A stretch of 64,000 bases of DNA from Flavobacteriales bacterium (GTDB taxonomy: Bacteria; Bacteroidota; Bacteroidia; Palsa-965). A model generated the notes under the pieces. It worked only from the letters and a program-made list of their open reading frames with translations. It made no database searches and was not told the origin of the DNA. Position 1 is the stretch's first letter. Each line of letters opens with the position of its first letter. Where the stretch lies: the NCBI GenBank assembly GCA_040377305.1, contig JBEIPA010000025.1, forward strand, positions 12,290 to 76,289, given 5' to 3'. The position numbers were made by a program, and so were the translations under genes. Of this stretch, positions 19,197 through 30,108 are shown piece by piece.

Positions 19197-20515
19197 AATT
19201 GAATCTGCCAGAGCTGCTTTCCTGTAGACATATCAATGCAGATCATCTGTAGTTGTGCAATCATCACGAATTTTCCATCGTGAATATCTGCCCAGCGATA
19301 ACCGAACTCCGGATCGCCTTCATCGAATACTCCCGCTCCTTCTGCTTTGTCTGGATCGTAGTAGAAGGAAGTAAGATCCAGGTGCCAGCGCTCTACGAAT
19401 TTTTTCGGCTGAGTCATATCAACACAAGTGATGATCGCACGTGCAGTGTCTGAAACAGAACTGGCTGAATAAATGAGGCTGCTGTATTTCTTGTCGCTCA
19501 ACGCGTATTCGTTGTGGTCATCGAAATCGTCAGTGAGTTCCTTAAGGTCGTACTCGATCTGTTCAAGATCACGCTTCATGGCGGAGAATTCGTTTCGCAG
19601 TTCGCGCTCTTCACTGGTCATTTTCGACCACGATGCGTATTCGTCGGCAAAAACCGGATGTTCTGCAATCAATTTATCAATCACCGCTTTCGCTGAATCG
19701 CGTTTTGCAGTCAAGGCAGAAATTCTCTCCTGTTCACCTTTGTACAGGTTCGCTTCGTTGAGATCGATGAATACTTCAGGCTTCAGAAAAGGAAGATCGG
19801 CCGTTGTGTCTTCGTATTTCCATTGAAGCTTTTTACGGTCTCCATCTCCGGTAAATGAAATGTAGTCGTCTGCATTGAAGTAGGCATTGGAATTCAGATA
19901 ATCGGAACTCCAATCATCGTCCGGCATTTCTTCTTCGGTTTCCACAATGGTATTTTTCTCTGTATCGAGATAATACAACTTGCCTTGCATGTCGGTGAGC
20001 ACAATCATTTCGTTTGCCACTTCGAAATTGTAGTAATCCAGAATGCGCGACCACTCCGGACGAGAGAAACTGAAACTTGCTAACGCTGTCAATTCACTTT
20101 CCTTCTTTACTACTTCCATCGTTTTCGGATCCCGATAATGCAATCCAAGTTCCGTATCCACACTGTAACACCAAACCTGATCATTCACCACACCGAGAAT
20201 GCTCATTCCCTCATCAATCTGCTCGCCGGTTTCCACACGACCTAACATGGCACCTGTTGCCAGATCATAAGAAGTGAGACGACATTCGTTGTACCCTGAA
20301 ATGCGCGTCATTCCTCCTCCACTCGACTTCGATGTTGCCTGGAAAATCAATTCCTGTGTAATGATGTACGAACCGTTTTTACCGGTGTAAATGAACGATT
20401 GTGAAACGTCGTCGGCAGCGTCGTTCATAACGTCCTTGTGAAAACAAGAAGACAATGCGCAAAACACAATCACCAATGCGCAATACGCAGTAAACCTGAT
20501 TAATCGATTTTCCAT
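19193..20515 (-). CDS. Lipoprotein with PQQ-like beta-propeller elements and a coiled-coil insert
   Basis: Lipobox LSSC; SYDLATGA and CIDMSTGKQLW motifs; helical segment near residues 260-335. Confidence 0.7.
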   Translation of the reverse strand: MENRLIRFTAYCALVIVFCALSSCFHKDVMNDAADDVSQSFIYTGKNGSYIITQELIFQATSKSSGGGMTRISGYNECRLTSYDLATGAMLGRVETGEQIDEGMSILGVVNDQVWCYSVDTELGLHYRDPKTMEVVKKESELTALASFSFSRPEWSRILDYYNFEVANEMIVLTDMQGKLYYLDTEKNTIVETEEEMPDDDWSSDYLNSNAYFNADDYISFTGDGDRKKLQWKYEDTTADLPFLKPEVFIDLNEANLYKGEQERISALTAKRDSAKAVIDKLIAEHPVFADEYASWSKMTSEERELRNEFSAMKRDLEQIEYDLKELTDDFDDHNEYALSDKKYSSLIYSASSVSDTARAIITCVDMTQPKKFVERWHLDLTSFYYDPDKAEGAGVFDEGDPEFGYRWADIHDGKFVMIAQLQMICIDMSTGKQLWQIQL

Positions 20516-20581
20516 TCTTGCTAGTTTACAACTGTTCAACAATCTTTTTACTGCGCATTGCGCATTGAATATTGCGCATTG

Positions 20582-21034
20582 TTATTCGCGGTTACGCGAG
20601 TCCACCCAAATCGTCACCGGTCCATCATTCACCAAGGACACTTTCATATCCGCACCAAACACACCGGTACCGATTGACCTCCCGAGTTCCTTCTCCAGCG
20701 CTTTCACAAACGATTCGTACACCGGAATTGCAACATCCGGTTTCGCTGCTTTGATATACGAAGGGCGATTTCCTTTTTTTGTCGCAGCATGCAAAGTGAA
20801 TTGACTCACCGCAATGATATCACCGCTGCAGTCTTTCACAGAAACATTCATTACGCCTTCTTCATCGGGAAAAATCCGCAGGTTCGTAATTTTCTGAGTG
20901 AGCCACTCGATGTCTTCGTGGTTGTCTGCTTCCTCAATTCCAACGAGCACGAGTAATCCATTTCCCATTGAACAACGAACAGCTCCTTCGATGGTTACGG
21001 ATGCAGATGAAACACGCTGTATGAGTACACGCAT
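20582..21034 (-). CDS. dtd: D-aminoacyl-tRNA deacylase
   Basis: QRVSSASV, VSQFTL, KGNRPSY, NDGPVT. Confidence 0.96.
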   Translation of the reverse strand: MRVLIQRVSSASVTIEGAVRCSMGNGLLVLVGIEEADNHEDIEWLTQKITNLRIFPDEEGVMNVSVKDCSGDIIAVSQFTLHAATKKGNRPSYIKAAKPDVAIPVYESFVKALEKELGRSIGTGVFGADMKVSLVNDGPVTIWVDSRNRE

Positions 21035-21037
21035 CGT

Positions 21038-21970
21038 CTAGTATTCTTTTTGCAGTTCTTCACCATTCAGAATCTGCAGATAACGTTCGTATCTCGTCAG
21101 TGCAATTTTACTGTTCTCCACAGCTGCGATCACCGCACAACCCGGTTCTCTATCGTGCATGCAACCGTTGTATTTGCATTTGCCCATCAGGTCACGCATC
21201 TCCGGAAAAAAATGGGACAGCTCTTCACGTTCTATGTTCACAATTCCGAGTTCTTTGATTCCCGGCGTGTCAATGATCCAACCTCCATTCTTCAATTGAA
21301 ACATTTCCGCGAATGTAGTCGTGTGCATTCCTTTACTGTGCGCTTTGGAAATAATACCGGTCTTTAGATTCAGATCAGGTTGCATCGCATTAATCAAAGT
21401 ACTCTTGCCTACACCCGAGTGTCCCGAAATTAAATTGACTTTTCCTGCGAATTCCTTCTGCAATGCTTCCACATCTGCCTCATCATTTGAATTGATCAGC
21501 CAGCAAGTGTAACCCAGATTACGATACAAATCCATAAGCGCATGCACGTATTCTGTTTCCTCTTCGTCGAGTAAATCGCTCTTATTAAAAATAATTGATG
21601 CAGGAATTGAATACGCTTCAGCAGTGACTAAGAAACGGTCAATAAATCCTGTCGAAGTTCGGGGCTGAATCAACGTTGCCATTACCCACGCGCGATCAAG
21701 ATTTGCTGCTAGAATATGTGTCTGCTTAGAAAGTTTCGTGCTTCGACGAATGATGTAGTTCTTCCGGTCGTGCAAAAATGAAATCACAGAATCATTATTC
21801 ACATCCTTGTCCACATTCACATGATCGCCCACCGCAATCGGATTCGTGTTTTTGGTATTGGTACCATTCACCCGAAATGCTCCCTTCAGGCGCGCCTCAA
21901 CCCGGGTTCCGTCTTCAAACGCAACCGTGTACCAACTTCCCGTAGAACGAATGACGATCCCTTTTTTCAC
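21038..21970 (-). CDS. rsgA: Small ribosomal subunit biogenesis GTPase RsgA
   Basis: NKSD, GHSGVGKSTLIN, HTTT, IDTPG, CKYNGCMH.EPGC. Confidence 0.96.
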   Translation of the reverse strand: MKKGIVIRSTGSWYTVAFEDGTRVEARLKGAFRVNGTNTKNTNPIAVGDHVNVDKDVNNDSVISFLHDRKNYIIRRSTKLSKQTHILAANLDRAWVMATLIQPRTSTGFIDRFLVTAEAYSIPASIIFNKSDLLDEEETEYVHALMDLYRNLGYTCWLINSNDEADVEALQKEFAGKVNLISGHSGVGKSTLINAMQPDLNLKTGIISKAHSKGMHTTTFAEMFQLKNGGWIIDTPGIKELGIVNIEREELSHFFPEMRDLMGKCKYNGCMHDREPGCAVIAAVENSKIALTRYERYLQILNGEELQKEY

Positions 21971-22023
21971 ACCGTAAAAGTAGTGAGTAAACCAGTATTT
22001 ATTACCTTGCCCTACCCTACAAC

Positions 22024-23370
22024 ATGAAGCGCATTCACAAATGGTTCATTGGCGAATATCTCGCAAAGACAGAAGATGTCTTTGAACGCTCGCGTATTGA
22101 GCTGCTTTACTACTATTCGCTGAGCTTTATTCTTCTGGGTGGTCTGTTTTACGTCCAACTCATTGCCGAACACCTTACCTACCACGTTTATCTCATCTCT
22201 TTCGCATGTGTAGCGCTGGTCTCCATTCCGTTTATTCTGAAATACGCTGAAAGTATTCGGCTTGCATCGTGGTGGTACGTTACACAACAATTCATTGTTG
22301 CTGGCGGTAGTGTTTATCTGCAGGGTGGAGCGATGAATGCCATGAGTGCCTATTGGACGGTGTTGTTTATTCTCTGCGTACTTTTTCTTTTTGGTGTGAA
22401 ATGGGGTCTCATAATTACCATTGTCAATGGAATATTTTTAGGCGTGTTAGGAGTTTTTGTGATGGCTGAAGGCCAGGACGTAATACAGATGATTCCGGAT
22501 GAGCCACGGTACACAACCATTCCGCTCCTGCTTAACATCTGTGTCGCTATTATGTTCGTTAAATTCCGCGGTGACGCCGGAAAACAGATTAGTCTGCAGA
22601 AGCTTGAACTCGAGGTGAAGAATAAGGAAGTAAAGGACAGTATTGCTTATGCCGAACGCATTCAGAAAGCAATTCTTCCTTCTCAGCGTACGGTGGAATA
22701 CACATTGCCGGGATCGTACGTTGTGTATCTACCGAAAGATATTGTAAGCGGAGATTTCTACTGGGTGGAGAAGAAAAACAATCTCTCTTTCTTCGCCGTT
22801 GCCGATTGTACCGGACACGGTGTTCCCGGGGCAATGATGAGTGTAATTTGCAACAACGCACTCAATCGTGTACTCAACGAATTCAGACTTACACGTCCTT
22901 CCGAAATTCTCGACAAACTCAATCTTCTGGTTGAAGAAGCATTCTCCAAGAGCGGTGCCGACATCCGCGACGGAATGGACATTGCCTTGTGCTCCGTTGA
23001 TTTCGATACGCGGATCGTAGAGTATTCAGGTGCGAACAATTCACTCTACTATTTCGCGGAAGGTGAAATCAAAGAAGTAAAATCAGATCGGCAGCCCATC
23101 GGACGATTTGAATCGAAAGTGCCATTCAAAAACCACACGCTGAAATTAAATCCGGGCGATACGGTTTATCTCTTCACCGATGGAATTGCTGATCAGTTCG
23201 GCGGACCACAAGGCAAGAAGTTCAAGTACAAACGTGTGAAGGATATTCTCCTTGCCAATGCGGGTACGAATGTGAATATTCAGAAGAATGCTCTGCTGGA
23301 TGGATTCCGCACATGGAAAGGCAATCTGGAACAAGTAGACGACGTTTGCCTGATGGGCGTACGACTTTAG
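22024..23370 (+). CDS. Membrane-anchored PP2C/SpoIIE serine phosphatase
   Basis: N-terminal TM helices; SIAYAERIQ, VSGDFY, DCTGHGVPGA, TDG..DQFGG, DDV. Confidence 0.92.
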   Translation: MKRIHKWFIGEYLAKTEDVFERSRIELLYYYSLSFILLGGLFYVQLIAEHLTYHVYLISFACVALVSIPFILKYAESIRLASWWYVTQQFIVAGGSVYLQGGAMNAMSAYWTVLFILCVLFLFGVKWGLIITIVNGIFLGVLGVFVMAEGQDVIQMIPDEPRYTTIPLLLNICVAIMFVKFRGDAGKQISLQKLELEVKNKEVKDSIAYAERIQKAILPSQRTVEYTLPGSYVVYLPKDIVSGDFYWVEKKNNLSFFAVADCTGHGVPGAMMSVICNNALNRVLNEFRLTRPSEILDKLNLLVEEAFSKSGADIRDGMDIALCSVDFDTRIVEYSGANNSLYYFAEGEIKEVKSDRQPIGRFESKVPFKNHTLKLNPGDTVYLFTDGIADQFGGPQGKKFKYKRVKDILLANAGTNVNIQKNALLDGFRTWKGNLEQVDDVCLMGVRL

Positions 23371-23382
23371 ACAACACGGGTA

Positions 23383-23558
23383 CGTCATCGCGAGGAGGCA
23401 CGATGAAGCGATCCCCCGAGGCGGAAACGTGGCGTCACAAATCAAGAGCGTTCAATTGAGCGGTGTTGGCACCAAAACGGTTAGCTTCTTTCCTCGATCA
23501 ACTTTTGTGTCACTCTATACTCGTCACGCGGGATTGCTTCGCAGGCTCGCAATGACGG
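23383..23558. repeat. REP/RPE-like inverted palindromic element
   Basis: CGTCATCGCGAG...GAAGCGATCCC pairs with GGGATTGCTTCG...CTCGCAATGACG. Confidence 0.75.
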
Positions 23559-23643
23559 TACCGTTTTGCACGTTGTCGCACAGAAGCATGAACTTTTAAC
23601 AAACGAATGCGTAATTTAGTCGCAATCAATTCGTTTTAACAAC

Positions 23644-24555
23644 GTGTCTATCAGCGTCGATTATATCAGCAAAGTTTACGGTGTGCAACGCGCACTCGAT
23701 AACGTTTCTTTCGAAGTGAAAGAGGGAGAAATTGTGGGCTTCCTTGGGCCAAACGGTGCAGGAAAATCTACAATGATGAAGATCCTCACCTGCTTCATTC
23801 CACCAACGGCTGGGAAAGCCATGGTGAACGGATACGACGTGATGGAACAATCCATTGAAGTTCGCAAGAGTGTTGGATATCTCCCGGAACACAATCCGTT
23901 GTATCTCGACATGTATGTGCGGGAATATCTGGAATTCATTGGCGGCTTGCACAAAATCGGGAACCTCAAAGGTCGCGTTGCCGAAATGATTGAAACTACC
24001 GGGCTCACGCTCGAACAGCATAAACAAATTGGTGCGCTTTCGAAAGGATACCGTCAGCGTGTTGGACTTGCACAGGCACTCATTCACGATCCGAAAGTTT
24101 TAATTCTTGATGAGCCAACCACCGGACTCGATCCGAATCAGCTTGCAGAAATACGTGAACTGATCAAACGTGTCGGAAAAGAAAAAACGGTGATGTTGTC
24201 CACACACATCATGCAGGAAGTTGAAATTCTGTGCGATCGTGTAATCATCATTGACCACGGACGGATTGTGACCGACGAGCAAACGGAAACCCTTCAGCAG
24301 GGCGATCAGAACCGCATTGTGATTCTCGTAGAGTTCGATAAAGAAATCAGCCGCGAGAAAATTATGTCGATTGCCCTCGTGGAAGGAGTTGATAATACCG
24401 GTGGTAATACCTGGCAAATCGTTACGAAGCCTGATGTAGATGCACGTCCGGAGATTTTCAAATTCGCTGTGTCAAACAACCTTTCCGTTTTGGGCATGCA
24501 ACGTGAAGAAAGAAAACTGGAAGATGTTTTCAAGGCGATGACCAGGAAGAAATAG
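23644..24555 (+). CDS. gldA: Gliding-motility ABC transporter ATP-binding protein GldA
   Basis: GPNGAGKSTMMKIL, GYLPEHNPLYLDMYVREYL, LSKGYRQRVGLAQALIHDP. Confidence 0.9.
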   Translation: MSISVDYISKVYGVQRALDNVSFEVKEGEIVGFLGPNGAGKSTMMKILTCFIPPTAGKAMVNGYDVMEQSIEVRKSVGYLPEHNPLYLDMYVREYLEFIGGLHKIGNLKGRVAEMIETTGLTLEQHKQIGALSKGYRQRVGLAQALIHDPKVLILDEPTTGLDPNQLAEIRELIKRVGKEKTVMLSTHIMQEVEILCDRVIIIDHGRIVTDEQTETLQQGDQNRIVILVEFDKEISREKIMSIALVEGVDNTGGNTWQIVTKPDVDARPEIFKFAVSNNLSVLGMQREERKLEDVFKAMTRKK

Positions 24556-24556
24556 T

Positions 24557-24647
24557 CAGTGCGCAGTAATCAGTGCGCAGTGCTCAGTCCATGTGAAACT
24601 TTTCTGTTACATCAACTGCGAACTGCGAACTGAATTACTGCGCACTG
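24557..24647. repeat. Inverted pair of CAGTGCG heptamer repeats between convergent genes
   Basis: 24557-24588 versus the reverse complement of 24615-24647. Confidence 0.8.
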
Positions 24648-24650
24648 GTG

Positions 24651-27600
24651 TTAACGTAATACGTTAACATGGTAGTAAGCCTTGTGCGTATTCATATCAC
24701 CACATTCCGTTCTGTAAGTGATTCGAACTACATAAGTATCTTCCTGTACACGGTTACCATTGTAAGTTCCATCCCAGCCGTTTGTCATGCTGTCTGATTC
24801 AAACAGGAGCATTCCCCAACGATCAAAAATCTGCATCTTGAACTCGATGATACCCGTTCCGTAAGCGTAGAATACATCGTTGCGGTCATTTCCGTTTGGT
24901 GTGAACGTATTCGGAACATACATCGTACCTCCGCCAAGCTCACCATTCACTTCAATGGTATCTGTAAGACTGCAGTTCGATGAATTGATTACGTCAACGT
25001 AGTATACTCCGGCTTCAGTCACCGTGATGTATTGCGTTGTTGAACCATTGCTCCACATATAACTTGCTCCCGGATTTCCTGCATCGAGTAACACACCCTG
25101 ATCAACATCGCACAACGACAACGAGCTTCCGAGTTCTACGGTTGCAAGGAATGTTACCTGCACAGTATCGGTTTCAGTACAGTTTCCGATAGCAACAGTT
25201 ACCCAATACGTTCCCGCGCTGTCTGTAGAGAACGACGGGCCTGTAGATCCATCGGACCAGGTAATCGTTGCATTCGGATCATTCACGTTGAACACAATCG
25301 GGTTGCCCGGACAAACTGCAGTATCAGCTCCAAGATTCGGCTGCTGTACACTAAGCACCTGAACGTCGATTGAATCGCGGAATGAACAGCTACCTGATGT
25401 TACATCCACATAATACAATCCTGTTGTGCTAACCACAATGGTTTGCGAGGTTGCGCCTGTACTCCACAAATAAGTAGAGCCTGGATTTCCCGCATCAAGC
25501 AAAATTTGTGTGCCTGTACAAACAACCGTATCGCTTCCTATATCCGGTGCCGCGAAGAGCTGAATGTTCATCGTATCTGTAGCCGTGCAAACGCCGTTGT
25601 CGACAATTACCCAGTACTGCCCTGTGCTCTGAGCCGTGATCGTTGCTGACGTCGCTCCTGTACTCCACAAGTAGGTACAATTCGCAGTTGTTGCATCAAG
25701 TGTCATAGATACGGCTCCACAAACCGTCGTGTCGTTTCCGAGGAAGACTGTAGGCTCAGGTAAAACAGTAATCACGAGATAAACTGTGTCAGCAACATTA
25801 CAGCTGTTCGAATCCACCGCAATCAGCATCACGTTATACGTTCCCGGAGGACCAAAGAAATGCGTTGGCGATGCGTTTGTGTCGATTGGCGAACCGTCAT
25901 CGAAATCCCAGTAGTACTGGAAACCGTTGCTCGTGTTTGAGAATGTAATGGAAGTGTTTTCGCAAATCGTATCATTAGGTGCTGCAGATGCAACTGCATT
26001 CACACCTGCCGTCTGGAAGTCGATTTTCACAACGAACATATCCCAACCCGGTGCGTTGATATTGTCTTTGTACGCCCATGCCGGAGTTGGAGCACCGCCA
26101 CCGCCGATACAAATTCCCTGATAGATTGCACCGCTTGGATCGAAACGACTTGTTCCTCCGTCAACGTGCCATCCATAATAGAATGATCCGAATGTAAGCT
26201 GAAGCGCATTCTTGCTCAACACAATGAAGTAAGCGCTGCCACCGCCACATGCAGCTTGCGTCGCATACAATGCGTTTGCAGTAACCGGATAAGTAGACTG
26301 AGAGTTAAATCCTGAACAGTAAATATTTTCACAGCTATCAACCATGAATGCTTCCGGTTCAAGATAACTCGCAGCTCCGCTACCGAATACAGTTCCGAAC
26401 GTAAGACTGAACATGTATGGATCGAATTTCGCAACGAAATTAGCCGCGCCCGGATTACTATATACGCCGGCAGTCACAGGCATATTACCGGTACTCGTTC
26501 CGTAGACATAAGGATTGCCTGAGCCATCTACATCCATGAAATAACAGATTTCGTTCTGAGGAGTACCAAAGTATGTCGCACCCAAAAGTGTATTTCCTGC
26601 AAGGTTGAATCGCGCTACGAATCCATCACAAGTTCCTCCGTTGTATGTACCATCGTATGTGCCGGGAGTTGCCGGAAAATCGTTACTGGTGGTTACGCCC
26701 ACGCAAACAACTTCTCCATTCGGTGCGACCCGTATACCGTATGCACCATCACCGGAACTTCCTCCAAGAAAAGTACTCCAACCTAATGTTGCACATGTAG
26801 GGTCCAAACGAAATACAACACCATCCCATGTGCCGCCCAGTGTTGCATCGTATGTTCCTGCTGATGTTGGAAAGTTTGAAGACTCGGAGAAACTGGATAC
26901 GTAAGAGTTACCTGCCGCGTCGACAACAATTTCACCACGCATACCGTCGTGACCATTCATATTCCAGGGCATTCCCCAGCCACCACCATCGTTCGCGCTA
27001 CCGCCAACGTAAGTAGAACCAATGAGTGCGGTTCCGGCTGCATTCACGTGTGTTACCACAATATCATCATCAGCACCGGAAGAACCGTTATGTGTTGCAT
27101 CAAAACAACCTGCTGATGTAGGGTAGTTTGTAGAATTAGTCGCACCAAGCACATAAAGTTCGCCGTTGGCTACTGCAAAAAGTGAGTTCGGAATTTCACG
27201 TCCACTTCCGCCGAGGTATGTAGACCACAACAGATTCGATCCGTTTGGATCAAGCTTCGCAACAGCGATATCAACGTTACCACCGAATGCAGTTTGGAAG
27301 GAACCTGCTTGTGTAGGATATCCCGGATTAAAGCACTCACCACCCGTGTAGATATTCCCGGAAGGATCGTACGTTGCGCAGTGGCCATACGTTGTACAAG
27401 ATGCAGGTGCTCCGGAGTAAGTTGCTGCAACCAACACCGGGTCGATTGTCAACTGATAATTCTGGTTGTATCCGTAAGGAAATTTGAATGAAACCGTTTT
27501 TCCGTCGGCTTCAATGAAATATTCGCATGGCACAGGAACTTTTACGTTGTTGATTTCCTGGTACGAGTAAGGAACTTGTTCGACCATATCACCTGTTGAT

Positions 27601-28181
27601 AAGTGAATAATCAACGTGTTGTTCTGGATTTCAATTCCGTTTGTGTAATTGAATTCCATTTTGATCTGAGAAGCATTGGCACCAGGCAATACGATAAAGT
27701 CGTACTTGAACTGGTTGTTTACGCTGTATGCTGCAAGATTAATTCCACTGTAGAGTCCTGTATAGAATACTTCGTTGTAAGAAGCAACATACGATGACCA
27801 ACGCTGCGGATTATTGCCAACGAAATAGTTCGTGTAGTAAGGACGTGGATTCAATGCAGACACAATCGGATTCGGATTGCATCCTGTGAAGTTCATTCTG
27901 AATGCGTGCAGATCAACAACACCTTCTTTGCGGGTATCGTGATTTCCTTCCTGGTGAGAAGCGTCGTGAATTGCCTCCAGCTGTGCCGGATCGTATTTCA
28001 CATAGGTGAAACAGTTCTTCTCCATGAACAAAGATGTGCCGGAACCGACGCCGACTTTATACTTTACACGGGAAGGATATTGTGTGTGATTCTCTTCAAA
28101 GTCAATCGTTCCTCCCTGAGCGAACGACAGTACAGGTGCTATGCACAACGTGAAGAGTGAAGAAAGTAAAATGTTCTTCAT
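24651..28181 (-). CDS. SBBP beta-propeller/PKD protein with T9SS type-B (gliding-motility-associated, CHU_C) C-terminal domain
   Basis: FEEN..QYP N-domain, IDP...ATYSG, STYLGGS repeats, PKD (YYWDFDDG), YLWSTG repeats, VPNTFTPNGND.ND...IFDRWG...WDGTY. Confidence 0.9.
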   Translation of the reverse strand: MKNILLSSLFTLCIAPVLSFAQGGTIDFEENHTQYPSRVKYKVGVGSGTSLFMEKNCFTYVKYDPAQLEAIHDASHQEGNHDTRKEGVVDLHAFRMNFTGCNPNPIVSALNPRPYYTNYFVGNNPQRWSSYVASYNEVFYTGLYSGINLAAYSVNNQFKYDFIVLPGANASQIKMEFNYTNGIEIQNNTLIIHLSTGDMVEQVPYSYQEINNVKVPVPCEYFIEADGKTVSFKFPYGYNQNYQLTIDPVLVAATYSGAPASCTTYGHCATYDPSGNIYTGGECFNPGYPTQAGSFQTAFGGNVDIAVAKLDPNGSNLLWSTYLGGSGREIPNSLFAVANGELYVLGATNSTNYPTSAGCFDATHNGSSGADDDIVVTHVNAAGTALIGSTYVGGSANDGGGWGMPWNMNGHDGMRGEIVVDAAGNSYVSSFSESSNFPTSAGTYDATLGGTWDGVVFRLDPTCATLGWSTFLGGSSGDGAYGIRVAPNGEVVCVGVTTSNDFPATPGTYDGTYNGGTCDGFVARFNLAGNTLLGATYFGTPQNEICYFMDVDGSGNPYVYGTSTGNMPVTAGVYSNPGAANFVAKFDPYMFSLTFGTVFGSGAASYLEPEAFMVDSCENIYCSGFNSQSTYPVTANALYATQAACGGGSAYFIVLSKNALQLTFGSFYYGWHVDGGTSRFDPSGAIYQGICIGGGGAPTPAWAYKDNINAPGWDMFVVKIDFQTAGVNAVASAAPNDTICENTSITFSNTSNGFQYYWDFDDGSPIDTNASPTHFFGPPGTYNVMLIAVDSNSCNVADTVYLVITVLPEPTVFLGNDTTVCGAVSMTLDATTANCTYLWSTGATSATITAQSTGQYWVIVDNGVCTATDTMNIQLFAAPDIGSDTVVCTGTQILLDAGNPGSTYLWSTGATSQTIVVSTTGLYYVDVTSGSCSFRDSIDVQVLSVQQPNLGADTAVCPGNPIVFNVNDPNATITWSDGSTGPSFSTDSAGTYWVTVAIGNCTETDTVQVTFLATVELGSSLSLCDVDQGVLLDAGNPGASYMWSNGSTTQYITVTEAGVYYVDVINSSNCSLTDTIEVNGELGGGTMYVPNTFTPNGNDRNDVFYAYGTGIIEFKMQIFDRWGMLLFESDSMTNGWDGTYNGNRVQEDTYVVRITYRTECGDMNTHKAYYHVNVLR

Positions 28182-28326
28182 ACGCGGTTTGAATAAGTAT
28201 TGGATCAATATCAAAGCGATGTTTGCCTAACCGCCCATTGTATTGATTCTCATAAATTTAGGTCAAAAATACATTTGTGCAACGGGTGGTGCAAACTATT
28301 TGGGGAGATTTCTAACGCGTCCAGCG

Positions 28327-28570
28327 GGTATGAGGAATGGGGAATGGGGAATAGGGGATATGGAAAGTGTTTCTTGCAAATTATACGGAAAAACCATGAT
28401 TTCACTATAAGCGGATCACTAGGCGGACCCATGTAAACCATTTCAAAGCTACAGAGACAGCATTCACCCACACAGCTAAACCTCGATCCACCCCATCCCG
28501 TTTCCCTCATCCCTCATCCCTCATCCCTCATCCCCCATTCCCCATCCTGCATCCTGCATTCCGCATCCCC
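28327..28570. repeat. Inverted pair of GGAATGG / CCCTCAT heptamer tracts upstream of metK
   Basis: gaggaatggggaatggggaatagggg versus ccctcatccctcatccctcatcccccattcccc. Confidence 0.75.
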
Positions 28571-28628
28571 AAATTCCTTATTTTAGCGCCCGCTTAAAAA
28601 GGCACTTTCATTCTAAACACATCTAAAA

Positions 28629-29888
28629 ATGCCCTATCTCTTCACTTCTGAATCGGTATCTGAGGGTCACCCGGATAAAGTAGCAGACCAGATTTCTGAC
28701 GCGCTCATCGATCACTTTCTTGCGTATGATCCTTCTTCTAAAGTTGCTTGCGAAACACTCGTAACAACTGGACAAGTAGTTCTTGCCGGTGAAGTGAAAT
28801 CAAAAGCATACCTCGACGTGCAGGAAATTGCGCGCGAAGTAATCCGCAAAATCGGTTACACGAAAGCGGAATACATGTTCGAAGCAAATTCATGCGGAGT
28901 GTTCTCTGCAATTCACGAACAATCTTCTGACATCAATCAGGGTGTTGAACGCAAGAAGCCCGAAGAACAAGGTGCAGGCGATCAGGGAATGATGTTCGGT
29001 TACGCAAACCGCGATACCGACAATTTCATGCCGCTTCCATTGGAACTTTCGCACTTGTTGCTGCAGGAACTTGCTGCAATTCGCCGCGAAGGAAAACAAA
29101 TGAAATATCTCCGTCCTGATTCGAAGAGCCAGGTAACGATTGAATACAACGATTCCAACAAACCAGTTGCGATCAACACGATCGTAATTTCTACTCAGCA
29201 CGATGATTTTGCTGCAGAGAAGAAAATGCAGGAAACAATTGAGAAAGACGTTCGCTCTATTCTCGTTCCGCGTGTGATGAAGAAATTACCGAAACGTGTT
29301 CAGGCATTGTTCGGAAAAGACATTAAGTATCACGTAAATCCTACAGGGAAATTTGTAATCGGCGGACCACACGGCGATACAGGATTGACTGGTCGTAAAA
29401 TCATCGTTGATACGTACGGCGGAAAAGGTGCACACGGTGGTGGAGCATTCTCCGGAAAAGATCCTTCTAAAGTGGATCGTTCGGCTGCGTATGCAACACG
29501 TCATATTGCTAAGCATTTGGTTGCTGCAGGAGTTTGCGACGAAGCACTTGTTCAGGTCGCTTATGCAATCGGAGTTGCTCAACCAGTTGGACTTTACGTG
29601 AGCACGTATGGCACATCCAAGGTTGATATGACAGACGGTGAAATTGCTCAGGTAATTTCTAAGCTTCCTGCATTCGACATGCGTCCATATTTCATTGAGA
29701 AACGTTTCAAGCTGCGTACTCCTATTTACAGCGAGACTGCAGCATACGGACACATGGGCCGCGAGAGCAAAGTGGTTGAGAAGATTTTCAATAAGGGAAA
29801 ACGCAACGAGAAGAAAGTGAAAGTGAAGTTGTTCCCTTGGGAAGAGTTGAATGCATTGAAGGATGTGAAGAAAGCATTTGGAGTCTAA
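28629..29888 (+). CDS. metK: S-adenosylmethionine synthetase
   Basis: [28 protein letters not shown]. Confidence 0.98.
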   Translation: MPYLFTSESVSEGHPDKVADQISDALIDHFLAYDPSSKVACETLVTTGQVVLAGEVKSKAYLDVQEIAREVIRKIGYTKAEYMFEANSCGVFSAIHEQSSDINQGVERKKPEEQGAGDQGMMFGYANRDTDNFMPLPLELSHLLLQELAAIRREGKQMKYLRPDSKSQVTIEYNDSNKPVAINTIVISTQHDDFAAEKKMQETIEKDVRSILVPRVMKKLPKRVQALFGKDIKYHVNPTGKFVIGGPHGDTGLTGRKIIVDTYGGKGAHGGGAFSGKDPSKVDRSAAYATRHIAKHLVAAGVCDEALVQVAYAIGVAQPVGLYVSTYGTSKVDMTDGEIAQVISKLPAFDMRPYFIEKRFKLRTPIYSETAAYGHMGRESKVVEKIFNKGKRNEKKVKVKLFPWEELNALKDVKKAFGV

Positions 29889-29949
29889 TTGCCAACCTTC
29901 GGCTACGCTCAGTCTAACAATAGACTTCATCAGATAAATTGAATAAAAT

Positions 29950-29983
29950 AAACACCTGTCAGAAATGGCAGGTGTTTTTGTTT
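29950..29983 (+). terminator. metK intrinsic terminator
   Basis: AAACACCTGTCA-GAAA-TGGCAGGTGTTTTTG hairpin plus T tract. Confidence 0.8.
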
Positions 29984-30046
29984 CCTGAAGTGAACGCAAA
30001 AGGATTTGCGACGTACAGCAGGAAATTCATCCCATTCTTTCACCTC

Positions 30047-30062
30047 TGTAACTTAAGTCACA
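30047..30062. promoter_or_regulatory. Crp/Fnr-like palindrome TGTAAC-N4-GTCACA
   Basis: Near-perfect palindrome 22 bp before -7-like TACCTTGC (30085-30092). Confidence 0.6.
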
Positions 30063-30108
30063 GACTTCTGCGCACTGCCCATAGTACCTTGCGTACAAAA
30101 TCAAAAAC

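Noticed and set aside
28575-28628. SAM riboswitch upstream of metK
   Set aside because: The leader after the -7-like box TATTTTAG is only about 40 nt and shows no SAM-I or SAM-II core motifs
29286-29999. Long antisense ORFs over metK (likewise over der, katG and the glycine-rich gene)
   Set aside because: Shadow frames of strongly conserved or low-complexity genes
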